From Felis catus (taxonomy: Eukaryota), in NCBI RefSeq assembly GCF_018350175.1, contig NC_058383.1, forward strand, positions 25,794,001 to 25,858,000: DNA of 64,000 bases, given 5' to 3'. Of this stretch, positions 63,921-64,000 are shown one piece after another; the first letter of the stretch is position 1, and each line of letters opens with the position of its first letter. Below the pieces are notes generated by a model. The model was not told the origin of the DNA. It saw only the letters and a list, made by a program, of their open reading frames with translations, and made no database searches. Made by a program: the position numbers and the translations under genes.

Positions 63921-64000
63921 TCCAGTTGAGTTTTTAAAGCTCACCCTAGTTGTTGTGCATAATGGAGCAGGGTTGGGGCGGAAGGGGGTGAGGAAGCAGG

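Noticed and set aside
61208..64000. KNOP1 exon 3
   Set aside because: I found no segment encoding the expected acidic DLEVVLEKKGNMDE-like peptide with splice sites; it is probably beyond the window, though a manual scan could miss it.
1..64000. A previously undescribed multi-component system
   Set aside because: All convincing coding sequence is explained by IQCK and KNOP1, and most of the rest by known repeat families. No unexplained long ORF, array, retrogene or viral insert was seen.

Overview
Mammalian (felid) nuclear DNA: about 45 tRNA-derived Can-SINEs of the feline SINEC_Fc type, plus older L1, L2, MIR, MLT1 LTR and MER DNA-transposon relics. The window holds the head-to-head IQCK/KNOP1 locus. 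IQCK (minus strand) has coding exons 1-7 at 56903-56717, 48854-48790, 47431-47302, 45838-45741, 25554-25502, 25366-25289 and 1799-1715. All have GT-AG boundaries and compatible phases, joining to 696 nt (232 codons) that end inside the IQ motif; the gene continues beyond the left edge. KNOP1 (plus strand) has a probable non-coding exon 1 ending at 57052 and a large Lys-rich coding exon (60044-60961); its later exons were not found in the window. The two genes share a very compact CpG-island promoter with an RFX X-box. I found no evidence of a new multi-gene system. The most testable observations are a candidate extra KNOP1 exon giving an in-frame N-terminal extension, a competing frameshifting donor in IQCK exon 2, inverted SINEs around IQCK exons 5-6, nested and same-site SINE insertions, and a (TG)20(CG)10 tract. 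Gene and repeat family names come from recalled sequences, not database searches, and repeat ends are approximate.
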